Source of the DNA: Candidatus Cloacimonadales bacterium
GTDB taxonomy: Bacteria; Cloacimonadota; Cloacimonadia; Cloacimonadales; JAFGVF01
Direction of reading: 5' to 3'
Assembly: GCA_963663475.2 (NCBI GenBank)
Contig: CAXXJV010000002.1
Span: forward strand, 1 to 64,000
DNA: 64,000 bases
Below, piece by piece: positions 16,798-29,274 of this stretch (positions within the stretch are counted from its first letter, which is position 1; each line of letters begins with the position of its first letter). A program made the translations under genes and the position numbers. The notes under the pieces were generated by a model. The model was not told the DNA's origin. It saw only the letters and a program-made list of their open reading frames with translations, and did not search any database.

Positions 16798-16926
16798 AAA
16801 CCCAATAATGCAGTAAACCTTTGCGAATGGGACTATCTTATTTTGCTAAAAGAATCTAGCCCTCTTCACCTTTGATACCTAGCCTTAGCGAAGTATTATC
16901 AAAGTTCTAATGCACTATTCGGGATT
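16798..16926. mobile_element. MITE family A copy (ATCCC/ACCC...TGCAGTAGA inverted ends)
   Basis: Ends shared with 41968-42134, 47540-47624, 58818-58901. Confidence 0.6.
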
Positions 16927-17094
16927 AATCTGCAACTGATTCTAGTAGAAGAATCTACAAACTTGCTAAAAAGCACTGCTCTACTGGAGATAAGAAGATA
17001 GTTTCAAATTAGATTGACAAAGTTTAAGCCTGAAATATCTCGACGCTAAACTCAATATTATGAGTTATTCTGTATTAAGAAGGAGCGTCTAATC

Positions 17095-18753
17095 TTGTTC
17101 ATTCCCAAACTTTTTGAAATCTTACCAAAGTTAACAAAAAAACAGTTAACTAGTGATATAATAGCTGGTATTTTAGTTGGAATTGTAGCTTTACCATTAG
17201 GAATAGCATTTGGTATAGCATCTGGTGTTACTCCTGAAAAAGGCTTGATAACAGCTGTAATAGGAGGATTTATTGTATCCTTTCTAGGTGGCTCAAGTGT
17301 TCAGATAGGAGGACCTACAGGTGCCTTTATAATCATAATCTATGGTATTATAGAAGAGTTTGGTGTTGATGGATTAATGGTCGCTACTATGATGGCAGGT
17401 GTCTTCCTAATCATTATGGGCTTAGCTAAATTTGGTTCTTTAATTAAATTTATACCTTATCCAGTAGTGGTTGGCTTTACTTCTGGTATTGCTCTGGTAA
17501 TCTTTTCTACCCAAATAAAAGACTTCTTTGGCCTTTCAATTGATAAAGTCCCAGGAGATTTTATAGGTAAATGGCAAACATATATTAGTAATTTTTCATC
17601 TATTAACTGGCAGGCTTTCTTGATTGGTTCAGCTTCACTCTTAATTATTATATACTGGCCTCGCATTAATAGAAAAATACCTGGTTCTATCATTGCAATA
17701 TTAGTCTCAACTTCCTTAGTTAGCTTACTTAACCTCAACGTTCCTACAATTGAGACACATTTTGGTTCTATCCCATCTTCACTGCCTAAACCCCAATTCC
17801 CTCATATCTCCTTCCACTTAATCAAAGATATGTTCTCTCCTGCTTTTACCATTGCTATACTTGCTGCAATTGAAGCCCTCCTGTCTGCAGTGGTCGCTGA
17901 TGGGATGATCGGGGGAAAACATAAATCAAATACCGAACTCATAGGACAAGGCTTTGCCAATATTGCTTCCCCTCTATTTGGTGGTATTCCCGTTACAGGA
18001 GCTATTGCCAGAACTGCTACTAATATTAAGAATGGGGGAAGAAGTCCTATTGCTGGTATTGTACATGCATTGACCCTTCTCTTAATAATGGTCTTGTTAG
18101 GTCCTTGGGCAAAACTTATACCTATGTCCACTCTTGCAGCCATTCTCATTATGGTAGCCTATAATATGAGTGAACACCATATCTTTAGACAATTATTAAA
18201 AGCTCCCAAAAGTGATATTATTGTTCTCTTAGCGACTTTTTTTCTAACAGTTTTCTTTGATTTAACAATCGCTATTGAGGTTGGATTAGTACTGGCTATG
18301 TTCTTATTTATGAAAAGAATGGCAACTGTAAGTAATATTGATTTCATAACAAACTCTTTTGAAGATAAAGCTGATGAAGATGATCCGAATAGTATTAAAA
18401 TGAAAGACCTACCTCAGCAGGTTGAAGTCTATGAAGTTGCTGGCCCTTTCTTCTTTGGAGCTGCTTCCAAATTTAAAGATTCAATAAGAATGCTAGAATC
18501 TCCTCCTAAGATAAGAATTATTAGAATGCGTAATGTACCTATTATTGATGCAACAGGACTTAACTCCTTGAGAAATCTTTATCTTGATTCTAAACATGAT
18601 AAGATTATCTTGTTACTTTCAGGAGTTAATCCTCAACCAATGAAAGCCTTAAAGAACTATGGACTCTATGAATTAATTGGTGATAAAAATATCCATCAAG
18701 ATATTGATTCCTCTCTTGAAAGAGCTAAAGATCTGCTAAAGGTAACTGCATAA
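17095..18753 (+). CDS. SulP family anion transporter with STAS domain
   Basis: [41 protein letters not shown]. Confidence 0.92.
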   Translation: MFIPKLFEILPKLTKKQLTSDIIAGILVGIVALPLGIAFGIASGVTPEKGLITAVIGGFIVSFLGGSSVQIGGPTGAFIIIIYGIIEEFGVDGLMVATMMAGVFLIIMGLAKFGSLIKFIPYPVVVGFTSGIALVIFSTQIKDFFGLSIDKVPGDFIGKWQTYISNFSSINWQAFLIGSASLLIIIYWPRINRKIPGSIIAILVSTSLVSLLNLNVPTIETHFGSIPSSLPKPQFPHISFHLIKDMFSPAFTIAILAAIEALLSAVVADGMIGGKHKSNTELIGQGFANIASPLFGGIPVTGAIARTATNIKNGGRSPIAGIVHALTLLLIMVLLGPWAKLIPMSTLAAILIMVAYNMSEHHIFRQLLKAPKSDIIVLLATFFLTVFFDLTIAIEVGLVLAMFLFMKRMATVSNIDFITNSFEDKADEDDPNSIKMKDLPQQVEVYEVAGPFFFGAASKFKDSIRMLESPPKIRIIRMRNVPIIDATGLNSLRNLYLDSKHDKIILLLSGVNPQPMKALKNYGLYELIGDKNIHQDIDSSLERAKDLLKVTA

Positions 18754-18884
18754 TAGGCTTGTAATTTTACATTTTATATATTGATAATTTATAATCATCT
18801 TTTTTGATAATAATCATTGACATATATTTTAGACTTCTATGTTTTTGTTTTAACTAACAATAATATTCGTAAAGGAGTTAAGAA

Positions 18885-20504
18885 ATGGGAATTATACCTA
18901 TGCCAAAAAATGAACCTATTCTTTCATACGCACCTGGTACACCTGAAAGAAAGGCCTTACAAGCAGAATTAGAGAGAATGTCTAACGAAACAATTGAAAT
19001 ACCTTTAATTATCGGCGGAAAAGAAGTTAAAACTGGTAAAATGGCTAAAGCTGTTGAACCTCATAATCATAAAAATGTCTTAGCTAACTTCCATCAAGCT
19101 ACAGAAAAAGAAGTTAATATGGCTATTGAAGCTGCTCTTGCTGCTCGTAAAAAATGGGCTGCTACACCATACCAAGCTAGAGCTGCTGTTTTCTTAAAAG
19201 CTGCTGAACTTATTTCTGGAAAATACAGAGCTAAAGTTAATGCTGCTACTATGCTTAACCAATCTAAAAATGCCTTCCAATCTGAAATTGACTCAGTTTG
19301 TGAATTAGTTGATTTCTTTAGATTTAATGCTAAATTTATGGAAGAAATTTATGAAGGTCAAAAACTTACTTCTCCAGTTGGTACTTGGAATCAACTTGAA
19401 TACCGTGGCTTAGAAGGTTTTGTTTTTGCTATCTCTCCATTTAACTTCACTGCTATCGGTGGCAACTTACCTACTTCACCTGCTATGATGGGTTGTGTAT
19501 CTGTTTGGAAACCTGCTTCAACTTCAGTTTTCTCAAACTATATAATTATGAAAATTTTACAAGAAGCTGGTTTACCTGATGGCGTTATCAACTTCATTCC
19601 TGGACGTGGAGCTGATGTGGGTGACTCTGTGATTAAACACCCAGAATTAAGTGGTGTTCACTTCACTGGTTCAACTGGTGTCTTCCAAAATATCTGGAAA
19701 ACTATTGGTAACAATATTCATACCTACAAAACTTACCCAAGAATCGTTGGTGAAACTGGTGGAAAAGACTTCATCGTTGCTCATAAATCAGCAGATGTTG
19801 ATGCTTTAGCGACTGCTTCTATTAGAGGTGCTTTTGAATATCAAGGTCAAAAATGTTCAGCTCTTTCAAGAATCTATATTCCTGAATCATTATATGATGG
19901 CTGGATTGAAAGATGTAAAAGAGATCTTGGCACTATCAAAATGGGCTCTGTGAAAGATTTCACAAACTTCATTAATGCTGTTATTGATGAAAGAGCTTTT
20001 GATAAAATTACACAAGAATACATAGAATTTGCTAAAAATGCTAATGATGCTGAAGTCGTTGCTGGTGGTGAATATGATAAGTCAGAAGGATACTTCATTC
20101 AACCAACTATCATCAAAACTACTAATCCTCACTTCAAATCAATGGAAGAGGAAATCTTTGGACCAGTTTTAACAGTTTATGTTTATGAAGATGATAAATA
20201 TGAAGAAATTCTAGACATCTGCGATAAAACATCAGTTTATGCACTTACAGGTGCTCTTTGGGCTCAAGATAGATATGCTATCGAAGTTGGTTCAAAAGCC
20301 TTAGTTCATGCTGCTGGTAACTTCTATATCAATGATAAACCAACTGGTGCTGTTGTTGGCCAACAACCATTTGGTGGTTCAAGAGCTTCAGGTACTAACG
20401 ATAAAGCAGGTTCTTTATGGAATCTTATCCGTTGGACTGCTGTTAGAACTATTAAAGAGACTTTCAACCCACCAACAGATTATAGATATCCTTTCTTAGG
20501 ATAA
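18885..20504 (+). CDS. pruA: L-glutamate gamma-semialdehyde (P5C) dehydrogenase
   Basis: SPFNFTAIGGNL, GETGGKDF, FEYQGQKCSA, EEIFGP, QQPFGGSRASGTNDK. Confidence 0.93.
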   Translation: MGIIPMPKNEPILSYAPGTPERKALQAELERMSNETIEIPLIIGGKEVKTGKMAKAVEPHNHKNVLANFHQATEKEVNMAIEAALAARKKWAATPYQARAAVFLKAAELISGKYRAKVNAATMLNQSKNAFQSEIDSVCELVDFFRFNAKFMEEIYEGQKLTSPVGTWNQLEYRGLEGFVFAISPFNFTAIGGNLPTSPAMMGCVSVWKPASTSVFSNYIIMKILQEAGLPDGVINFIPGRGADVGDSVIKHPELSGVHFTGSTGVFQNIWKTIGNNIHTYKTYPRIVGETGGKDFIVAHKSADVDALATASIRGAFEYQGQKCSALSRIYIPESLYDGWIERCKRDLGTIKMGSVKDFTNFINAVIDERAFDKITQEYIEFAKNANDAEVVAGGEYDKSEGYFIQPTIIKTTNPHFKSMEEEIFGPVLTVYVYEDDKYEEILDICDKTSVYALTGALWAQDRYAIEVGSKALVHAAGNFYINDKPTGAVVGQQPFGGSRASGTNDKAGSLWNLIRWTAVRTIKETFNPPTDYRYPFLG

Positions 20505-20527
20505 TTTATTTATAGATATTGAGGCTG

Positions 20528-20557
20528 AGAAAGACTAGGATTAATCCTAGTCTTTCT
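20528..20557. terminator. Palindromic terminator between convergent genes
   Basis: AGAAAGACTAGGATTAATCCTAGTCTTTCT. Confidence 0.7.
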
Positions 20558-20579
20558 TATGTTACTTAGCTATATGATA

Positions 20580-23500
20580 CTACTTTAATAAGAGACACTT
20601 TTTCACTAACGTTTTATTGTTAGTTTTAAGCCTATAGAAATAGACACCAGATGCAACTTTTTTTAACTCATTATTATCTCCATTCCATACAATACTATGT
20701 GTTCCTTCTCCAAGCTCATCTTTTATGAGTTTTTTTACAAGTTGACCTTTCAAATTGTAAATCTTTAGCTCAACTTTACCTTCTTTTGGATTATAGAAAC
20801 TAATAGTTGTTGATGGATTAAATGGATTTGGATAATTTTGATTTAATTTTGGTAGTATTGATACATTATTACTATCATTTAATGGTTCATTATCCCTTAT
20901 TGAGGTTATCAGCTTATCAACCAACTTATAATGAGATTCATAGCTAGTTGGATTTAGATGCAAATATTTGCTTCTAGCTCTATTGTTAGACTCTAAAACT
21001 GTAAAGCCTATATCAATAGCAGCATAGCATGAATCAATGTATGATGCAGGTTCATCAATTATACTTTCATAATAATTTAATGCTGAAGTAAAATCAGATA
21101 AACTTCGATTTACTAAGGCAAGAGTATTTTTCATACTTTTAACAAGGTTAAAGTCTTCCATAACAAGAATATTTTCTATCAACCATTGCTTATATAGAGA
21201 TAATGAGTTTAATTGATTATAGCAATCATACAAACCTGATAACACAAAATACTTCTCGTTTACATTTGTAGTATCAGCAAAAGCTTGTTCATAATAACTT
21301 ATTGCTAAATTCCAGTTTTCAGCTATGCGTTGACATTCTGCAAGGATGAAATACGAATCCGAATTATTAGATGATCTCATTGGGTCTGTCAACAACCATG
21401 GATCATAAAAGAATTCATCAGGATTATTGAAAAGACTTCTAATCTCTCTTTCATTAGACGATCCCCAGTAATTCTCTTGCACAGAGTACTGACTTATGGT
21501 GTTTTCAGTTATTACATTCCAAGGTCTATTAATAATTGAGTTATTGCCTCCCTTCATATATAAGAAAGAACTATATGATTTGATGCCTACACTATTATCT
21601 TTTATCTGGTTCATTGAAACATAAGGATACCCCATTATAAGATCAGCCACATTATGTAGTTCAATACCACACTCTGAGTTAACAATTGCAGAAGTATTCA
21701 TTACTAATGATGAGTTATACATAGAAATAGCATTAGTATTATTCATAAAAGAACAATCTTCTATCTCTCTTCTTCCACTGTCAAATAAACTCAGTGCATT
21801 TGAAGCATTTGAGACATCACTTGAGTTCATGGTCAATCTTGTATTATTTGACACTATTATACCTTTCCAATAATCTTTAGTGTCCATATTGCATAAACCT
21901 GAGATATTGATAGGATTGTTTTCTTCACCAAGTAATAATAAACCTCCTTTCACAGTCAATCTAGATAAGTAATGAGTGTGTATGTCAGTTCTAGGTGCAA
22001 TTTCTAAATATGCATCAGTTTTGGACCATCCATTTAACTCAACATCGTTCCAGATATAATAGTCAGAGTCAATCATTTTTGGAAAGGGTTGGAAGTATTC
22101 ACAAGTTTTCCTTGAATTACCTTGCCTTTGTTTCCATTGGTAAGTATAATTAGCCCCTTGATTTGATACAAGGATTGAACTAATAAAAGAGTTCAAACCA
22201 TCAGACATAAGGATAACCAGATTTCTTGATGAAGAGGAGCTAAGGTTTGCTGCAACAAGTGAAACAACTTCCATATCTCCAGGAATGTTATTAGTATACT
22301 GTTCCACTTCTTTTTTACTATTATCATAACAGATAATTTTATTATCACTGTAGCTAAACAGTTCTGCTGTGTTACCTCCGATTGCACTAGAAATTACAGA
22401 AGGAGATAGATCGCTAACATCATGATAAAATCCTAAATCATCTTCTATATCAGTTATATATTGAATAAACTGACCTGTCTCTGAATCTATTATTTCTTCA
22501 CTACCACTAATAACTATCTCTATTCCTGGATTATATGCTAAGAAGTCTCCAGCAATAATACTACCCCCATTACGCAAAACTTCTACGTAGTTATCGTCAT
22601 TAGATGCCATATCATAGTCCCATACCAGGTTAGGGTTGCTATCTACAAACTCAAAGCAGTATAACTTAAAGAAACTATTTCCAGCCAAATGTATTGGTCT
22701 AGGTATTCGAGAAAAACCGACTCCAAAATAGATATAAGGATAGTTTGTAGTAATTTCGTTGGGATGAGGATTACTTATAATCAAATCTGTAGCTGAAAAA
22801 TCATCAATAGAAGCATTATATTCATCACCAATTGGATCACTTATGTCCCAATCCCAACCGCAACTTCCTCTATCATTCTGATTAAATGTAATCTTCCCTA
22901 ATACCATATCCCAACTTCCTATATGGTTAGTATTTACATATTTCCCAACTAAAAAAACAACTTCATTTTCTTTAGATTCATCAATATTAGATGATGCTAT
23001 TGGAGACAATAGTTTAGAAAGAGTGTCTCCAATAGTTGTTTGAATATTGAACCTTTCAGACCGACTCACTAAAATGCCATTATCATATTCAAAGAAGTCA
23101 ATATAATTATAATCATTCCATTCTGAAGCAATTACAATATCTGGAGCACCATCAGCATTTAAATCATTTACTAGTATTGAATGAAAACGTTCATTAAAAC
23201 GAGAAGATACTTCTACTTGCAAGTCAATAAATAAATCCCCAGTATTAGTACTATATTCCAGAGCCATTATATTAGGTCTATTGCTATTATAGTTCCCCAC
23301 AATAATTTCATAAACACCATCTCCATCTATATCAGCGATTAAGGGATTAACATCTGCAAGATTCGATATTGTTAAATCCTTTAGTTGTTCATCAATTATT
23401 AAATTTACTCTCCCATATCCAAGAGAATCTATAGTTGTAAAAACTAACTCATCAATACCATCACCATTCATATCGAAAACTGTAATTTCACTATTAGGAA

Positions 23501-25246
23501 GCATGTTTTGAATCTCATCATCAGGAGTTATTGAGGTATATGAAGAATGATTTCGTAAAGAGAAGTACAATGTTTGAACATATCCATCTGAGTCGATAGT
23601 TAATTCAAACTCAACATCTCCAAATGTCCTACTATTATTATTGATTATAAAAGCAACTTCATTTTGTGCATACTCTCTTTTCCCTATAGGATTCCAGTAA
23701 GTTGAATCATTAACAATCTCAATATCAGGATTATTACAAGAAAGTGTTCCTGAGACTATATTTTGGCAATCAATCCACCAGTTTTTTAGAAAAATAGTAA
23801 TAGGTATGTTTTCTTCACCCATTGTGATATATTCCTTTTCAAACGCAGCAAAAGCTCTATAAAGTCTAGGAGTTGGGTGTTCGCTTTCATTTAACGCTCT
23901 ATAAATGTTTAATCTTCCAGCTCCATAGTTTCCTATTCTATCAAAACTTGATTTTGTAAAGATATATCATCTGTTGTACCACAAAGCCTATCTCTTATTT
24001 CAAAGTTGGTCAAGTTTGGATACGCTTGTTTTACTAAACCATATGCTCCTGTAACCATTGGTGCTGCCATAGAAGTTCCTTTCATGTAATCATATCCCTG
24101 CTGATATCCAGAATCATCATATAGAGTAAATTCTGTATTATTAGGTAATGTTGAAAAAACTCCACTTGGATGCTTGGAAGCATATCCTCCAGGTGCTGCA
24201 ATATCTACTAAAAAGTTGTAGGTTGAATAATCTGTAATTGTATCCTCACTGTCGGTTGCACTTACACTTATAGTCTCTTCATAACTTGCAGGTATATTAT
24301 AATATTTAAGGTAATCATTACCTGCTGAGCAAATAAACATTACTTGATTTACATTTGTTTGGAAATTGATTAAATGCTCAAGTTCATCATCGGAAGTTGG
24401 ATTATAAGGAAGATCAAAACCAAAACTACAATTAAAGATTTTAACTCCAGCAATAACTCCATGGTAGATTCCAGTAAGAACATTAGCAAACGATGGTTCA
24501 TTATTTGCACCACTAGTTTTGATAGGGTATAATTAACATCCTTGAATATTATTATTATAGTCTCCACCCATAATACCATATATTCCTAAAGAATTGTTAT
24601 TGGTAGCACCTATAATACCTGCAACATGTGTTCCATGACCAAATTCATCATGGGGTTTATTGAGGGGGTATAATGTGTCATCACCATTTGCAGCCGATGC
24701 ATTATAGCCATGCCCAGACAAACCATCAGAATGTAAATTAAATTCTAAATCAACATGTACCGAATCATCATCAACTCCTAAATCAAGCCCAGTATCAATT
24801 ACCCCTATTAACAAATTACTTGAAGCAATCCCAGAAGTACTTAATACTTGATTAAGTTTTATATTATCATAATACCATTGGTTTTCAGATAATGGCTCTG
24901 TATGCCAAGTTCCATAGAAGTTAGGTAGTGCGTTAAGTACGCTTGTTTTGCTTAAGAATATATCGACTAAATCATTAACAATTATAGAGTTATCATACCT
25001 TAAAAGATAACAATATCTTTTTTGTTCTATAGTATCAATCTCATAAATGTTATAGAATTCATTGATCATATATACCTTTGATAGATCATTTAACCAACTT
25101 GCATCAGTAACTATTGAATCAGTATAAGTTTGAAGCAACAATATTGGATCTGATGTTGAGAATATTAGTGCTCCTTCTTCATGTGTTGCGAAAACAGAAA
25201 TTACAGATAGCAAAATAACCATTATTAAGAAAATTTTTCTATTCAT
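20580..25246 (-). pseudogene. Disrupted secreted S8 (subtilisin) protease with FG-GAP repeats, beta-helix, TPR-like region and C-terminal sorting domain (about 1555 aa if intact)
   Basis: IDTG, GHGTHVAG, SAGND, GTSMAAP motifs split by an in-frame TAA at 24533-24535 and a 1-nt frameshift near 23945. Confidence 0.85.
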
Positions 25247-25252
25247 TTCTCC

Positions 25253-26221
25253 TCACTTTACAAATATTTTCTTTGTTATTGTTTGTAGATTTCCATCTAT
25301 CTTGCATTTAACAAAATAGATACCGCTTGCTAAATTTTCTGGTAAATTAAGGCTAATCTCTCCTTTGGAGAAATTTTGGGTTTCTTTTGTAAAAACTTTT
25401 TGCCCTTTGATGTTATAAATCGATATTTGGTTAATATTGATAGAGCTATCTGATTTAATACTTAATAAATCAGATACCGGATTAGGATAACATTGAAGAT
25501 TTGTTTGTGCAATTTCACAGTCTCCTTCATAAGTAGGAGTGGTATCATGGTAACGAAATTCTAGATATGGTTGGTTAGATGTGGAAGCATGATGAATCCC
25601 AAGATTATCACCATTACTATCATAATCTGTAATATAATCAAAATAGAGCATTAATGGGAAGTCTGTAAATTCAATTGAATTTTTAGCCAATAAATATGCT
25701 TGTGTTACATCAAGTTGTTTCCAACCATCACTAGCATTATCACTGATTACCCCTATTTCCATAAAGTTTGTTGCATTAAAGCTAGAGGATAAATTCTCAA
25801 TATTAAAATCATACAAAGCAACTTTTAGCCCATGATTTGAGTTCCCATAAAAAGATGGAAAACCTTCTTCCCAAGGACCACATGAGGAATAATATTGGTA
25901 AACTTTCAATGTTATTTTTTCAATTACCCAAGTTTCTGGATGGTTTTGAAAAGGGAATTTATAGTATTTCCTAACAGATCCCTTCTCTTGATTTAAAGGG
26001 TTCACATAATCACCAACAAAGGAAAAATAATTGATAGAATAGACATTATACAAATCGTTATGCCAACCTTCTAAATCAAACAATACTTTAACGATATTGT
26101 AATCACTATCTTCCTCTAAATACACAATTTCTTCAATATAATCATCCTCTTTTATCTGGGCTGATAATAAAGAAATTATGAATAGAATAGTTATAATGAA
26201 CATTATTCTCTTTAGACTCAT
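25253..26221 (-). CDS. Secreted protein with C-terminal sorting-type domain, paralog 1
   Basis: Signal peptide; GWKQLDVT...PYL core (DNRLRE-like); CYPNP...IYNIKGQKV...ASGIYF. Confidence 0.8.
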   Translation of the reverse strand: MSLKRIMFIITILFIISLLSAQIKEDDYIEEIVYLEEDSDYNIVKVLFDLEGWHNDLYNVYSINYFSFVGDYVNPLNQEKGSVRKYYKFPFQNHPETWVIEKITLKVYQYYSSCGPWEEGFPSFYGNSNHGLKVALYDFNIENLSSSFNATNFMEIGVISDNASDGWKQLDVTQAYLLAKNSIEFTDFPLMLYFDYITDYDSNGDNLGIHHASTSNQPYLEFRYHDTTPTYEGDCEIAQTNLQCYPNPVSDLLSIKSDSSININQISIYNIKGQKVFTKETQNFSKGEISLNLPENLASGIYFVKCKIDGNLQTITKKIFVK

Positions 26222-26230
26222 ACTTCCTCC

Positions 26231-27199
26231 TTACTTTACAAATATTTTTTTTGTTATTGTTTGTAGATTTCCATCTATCTTGCATTTAACAAAATAGATA
26301 CCGCTTGCTAAATTTTCTGGTAAATTAAGGCTAATCTCTCCTTTGGAAAAATATTTGGTTTCTTTTGATAAAACTTTTTGCCCTTTGATGTTATAAATCG
26401 ATATTTGGTTAATATTGATAGAGCTATCTGATTTAATACTTAATAAATCAGATACCGGATTAGGATAACATTGAAGATTTGTTTGTGCAATCTCACACTC
26501 TCCTTCATAAGTAGGAGTGGTATCATGGTAACGAAATTTTAGATATGGTTGGTTAGATGTGGAGGCATGGTTAATCCCAACATTATCTCCATTACCATCA
26601 TAATCTGTAATATAATCAAAATAGAGCATTAATGGGAAATCTGTAAATTCAATTGAATTTTTAGCCAATAAATATGCTTGTGTTACATCAAGTTGTTTCC
26701 ATCCATCACTAGCATTATCACTGATTATTCCTATTTCCATAAAGTTTGTTGCGTTGAAACTAGAAGACAAATTCTCAATATTAAAATCGAATAGAGCAAC
26801 TTTTAATCCATGATTTGGGTTTCCATAGAATGATGGAAAACCATCTACCCAAGGACCACATGACGAATAAAATTGGTGAACTTTCAAAGTTACTGATACG
26901 ATTTCCCAAGTTTCTGGAGGGTTTTGAAAAGGAAATCTATAGTATTTTCTTACGGCGCTCTGCTCTTGAGTGAAATAATTTACATCATCACCAACAATGG
27001 AAAAACTATGGGTTAAATAGACATTATACAAATCGTCATGCCAACCTTCTAAATCAAACAATACTTTAACGATATTGTAATCACTATCTTCCTCTAAATA
27101 CACAATTTCTTCAAAATAATCATCCTCTTTTATCTGGGCTGATAATAAAAAAATTAAGAATAAAGTAATTAGAATGAATATTAATTTCTTTAGATTCAT
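26231..27199 (-). CDS. Secreted protein with C-terminal sorting-type domain, paralog 2
   Basis: Same length and highly similar to paralog 1. Confidence 0.8.
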   Translation of the reverse strand: MNLKKLIFILITLFLIFLLSAQIKEDDYFEEIVYLEEDSDYNIVKVLFDLEGWHDDLYNVYLTHSFSIVGDDVNYFTQEQSAVRKYYRFPFQNPPETWEIVSVTLKVHQFYSSCGPWVDGFPSFYGNPNHGLKVALFDFNIENLSSSFNATNFMEIGIISDNASDGWKQLDVTQAYLLAKNSIEFTDFPLMLYFDYITDYDGNGDNVGINHASTSNQPYLKFRYHDTTPTYEGECEIAQTNLQCYPNPVSDLLSIKSDSSININQISIYNIKGQKVLSKETKYFSKGEISLNLPENLASGIYFVKCKIDGNLQTITKKIFVK

Positions 27200-27208
27200 A
27201 CTTACTCC

Positions 27209-28186
27209 TTATTTAACAATTATTTTTTTTGTTATTGTTTGTAGATTTCCATCTATTTTGCATTTAACAAAATAGATACCGCTTGCGATGTTTGTTGGTA
27301 ATGCTAGATTAACTTCACCATTGTTTGTATATATATTATGATTAGAATATACTTTCTGACCTTTAATATTGTAGATATTGATTGCTGAAATAGGCTTTTC
27401 GCTGATATTTTTAATAGTTAATACCTCAGATGTAGGATTAGGATAACAATTTATAAGTGGGGTTATAGATTCATTTTCACTTTCATTATTGGAAGTAGCT
27501 CTTACATATTGAAAAAGTAATTTAGGCTTATTGGAACTACTAGCTGTAGCAATAGATAAATAATCATCTTCCCCATCTGAATCAGAAACTAAATCAAAAT
27601 ATAACATTAAACAAAATGCTGAGTAACTCAGCTCATCTCTAGCGGTTAGATATGCTTGGGTAACATCTAACTCTTTCCACTCGTGGATTGGATTATTACT
27701 TATAACACCAATTTCTTCAAAAACAGAGGGAGCAAAGGTTAAAGCAAGATTATCCATATCAATTTCTAAGAGTGCTACTTTTAAGAAAAAAAAGTCTGCG
27801 TTAATAAAAGTAGGGAATTGATTAATCTCTCCATTACCACAAGAAGAACTTTGATAAATTTTTAGTGTTACAGATAATATCTCCCAACCTTCAGGTGGAT
27901 CCATGAAAGGAAACTCATAAAAACGACGATAGCCTCCTTTATTGTTTCCAAAAGGAAAACTAACATAAACATAGTCTCCGACATTAGCATCTTGCTGATT
28001 GTTGTGAGTATATTCATACCAATCATTGTAATATTCATTGTTATAAATCAGAATTTTCTCAATGTTAATATCTTTTGCGATTTCTAGATATTGTGTTTCT
28101 TCAATTACTTCTTCTCTTGTTAATGATAGTAATCCAATTGTAGAAAGGACCAGCAATAACAATAAAAAAATGTTTTTCCCTCTCAT
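27209..28186 (-). CDS. Secreted protein with C-terminal sorting-type domain, paralog 3
   Basis: More diverged member with the same architecture. Confidence 0.8.
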   Translation of the reverse strand: MRGKNIFLLLLLVLSTIGLLSLTREEVIEETQYLEIAKDINIEKILIYNNEYYNDWYEYTHNNQQDANVGDYVYVSFPFGNNKGGYRRFYEFPFMDPPEGWEILSVTLKIYQSSSCGNGEINQFPTFINADFFFLKVALLEIDMDNLALTFAPSVFEEIGVISNNPIHEWKELDVTQAYLTARDELSYSAFCLMLYFDLVSDSDGEDDYLSIATASSSNKPKLLFQYVRATSNNESENESITPLINCYPNPTSEVLTIKNISEKPISAINIYNIKGQKVYSNHNIYTNNGEVNLALPTNIASGIYFVKCKIDGNLQTITKKIIVK

Positions 28187-28447
28187 TCAATCCTCCTTCA
28201 GGATAATTTGTGTCATGTTCTATTCTTGTTTCGTTACTCTAATATAGTTTCGATTAACAAACATAGTAATTTATCTATAATTACACTCAGGTTTATATGA
28301 AAAAATAATTTATCTGAATATATATTACAATTTATCTATAATAAAAAAATACGTCAAGAAAATTCTCATTATTTTATTCTACAAAATTAGTTATAAATAA
28401 TTAAAAATAGGACCTATATAAACACTCTGAGGATGAGAAATCAGTCA

Positions 28448-28665
28448 CAGACCTTTGCCAAAAGCCCATATTTCTAAGAAAGTCATTATTTTTTTTGAAA
28501 AGTATTGGACAAAAGACAATTCATGAAGTCGCTATAGCTTTATCCAAAATCTTATCTGCTATGTATTTAAATACTATCTTGCTTGAATTTGAATAATTCT
28601 GTTTGCGATCTTTTTTTGCAAAAAGTGACCTATAACTCAGAGAAGTTGATTTTGTCAAAACTCTA
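28448..28665. mobile_element. About 218-bp MITE with IS1182-like ends
   Basis: Collinear with 62123-62339; ends CAGACCTTTG(C/A)CAAA ... TTTGTCAA(A/C)ACTCT. Confidence 0.75.
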
Positions 28666-28811
28666 GACTGAGAAATCAGTCTTTTTTTACTCCTTGTTTT
28701 TTGAAAGACAAGTATTTTTAGTTTTTTATTGACACAATACACCCTTCCCACAAAATAACACAAAATACTAAATTTTAGATAATATATTATTTAATAAATA
28801 AGGAGATAGTA

Positions 28812-28946
28812 ATGAAAAGAACATTTCAACCTCATAATAGGAAGAGAAGAAACAAACATGGTTTCCGTCTTAGAATGAGTACTGCTAATGGTAGAAGGGT
28901 GCTTAGTGCAAGAAGAGCTAAGGGCAGAAAAAGACTTACAGTTTAA
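28812..28946 (+). CDS. rpmH: 50S ribosomal protein L34 (not in ORF track)
   Basis: [52 protein letters not shown]. Confidence 0.97.
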   Translation: MKRTFQPHNRKRRNKHGFRLRMSTANGRRVLSARRAKGRKRLTV

Positions 28947-29274
28947 TTTTATTAAAAATCGGAAACAATACTTAGAATTTTATAGAATTCAGAAGAAGAT
29001 TCATTCTAATTTTTTTTTAGTTCTGTGTCGTAAAGACACAGAATCTTCTTTATTTTCTATAGGTATTACAGTAACTAAAAAGATTGGAAATGCAGTTACC
29101 CGTAATAGAATTAAACGTAGAGTTAAGGCATATTTAAGACAAGTAATGATGACTAATATCAGTGGGATGAAAATTAATATTGTAGCTATTAAAGATTCAT
29201 CAGATATTCCTTGGAGTGAATTCGTAAGTGAACTTGATAATATTATTAAGAAAATTGAAAAAATTAATATTTAA
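28888..29274 (+). CDS. rnpA: Ribonuclease P protein component (start uncertain)
   Basis: [20 protein letters not shown] motif; synteny. Confidence 0.9.
   Translation: MVEGCLVQEELRAEKDLQFNFIKNRKQYLEFYRIQKKIHSNFFLVLCRKDTESSLFSIGITVTKKIGNAVTRNRIKRRVKAYLRQVMMTNISGMKINIVAIKDSSDIPWSEFVSELDNIIKKIEKINI

Noticed and set aside
17457-18347. Antisense ORFs within SulP (and similar shadows at 38272, 48396, 53967, 57298)
   Set aside because: Shadow frames of well-supported genes with no independent signals
24533-24535. Recoded stop (selenocysteine/pyrrolysine or alternative code)
   Set aside because: The codon is TAA, the commonest true stop here, and the gene also has a frameshift
25253-27199. Diversity-generating retroelement TR/VR pair
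   Set aside because: Both copies are full genes, differences are not confined to adenines, and no reverse transcriptase is in the window
28190-28810. oriC/dnaA upstream of rpmH
   Set aside because: No dnaA and no cluster of TTATCCACA boxes seen; the one near match lies inside the MITE
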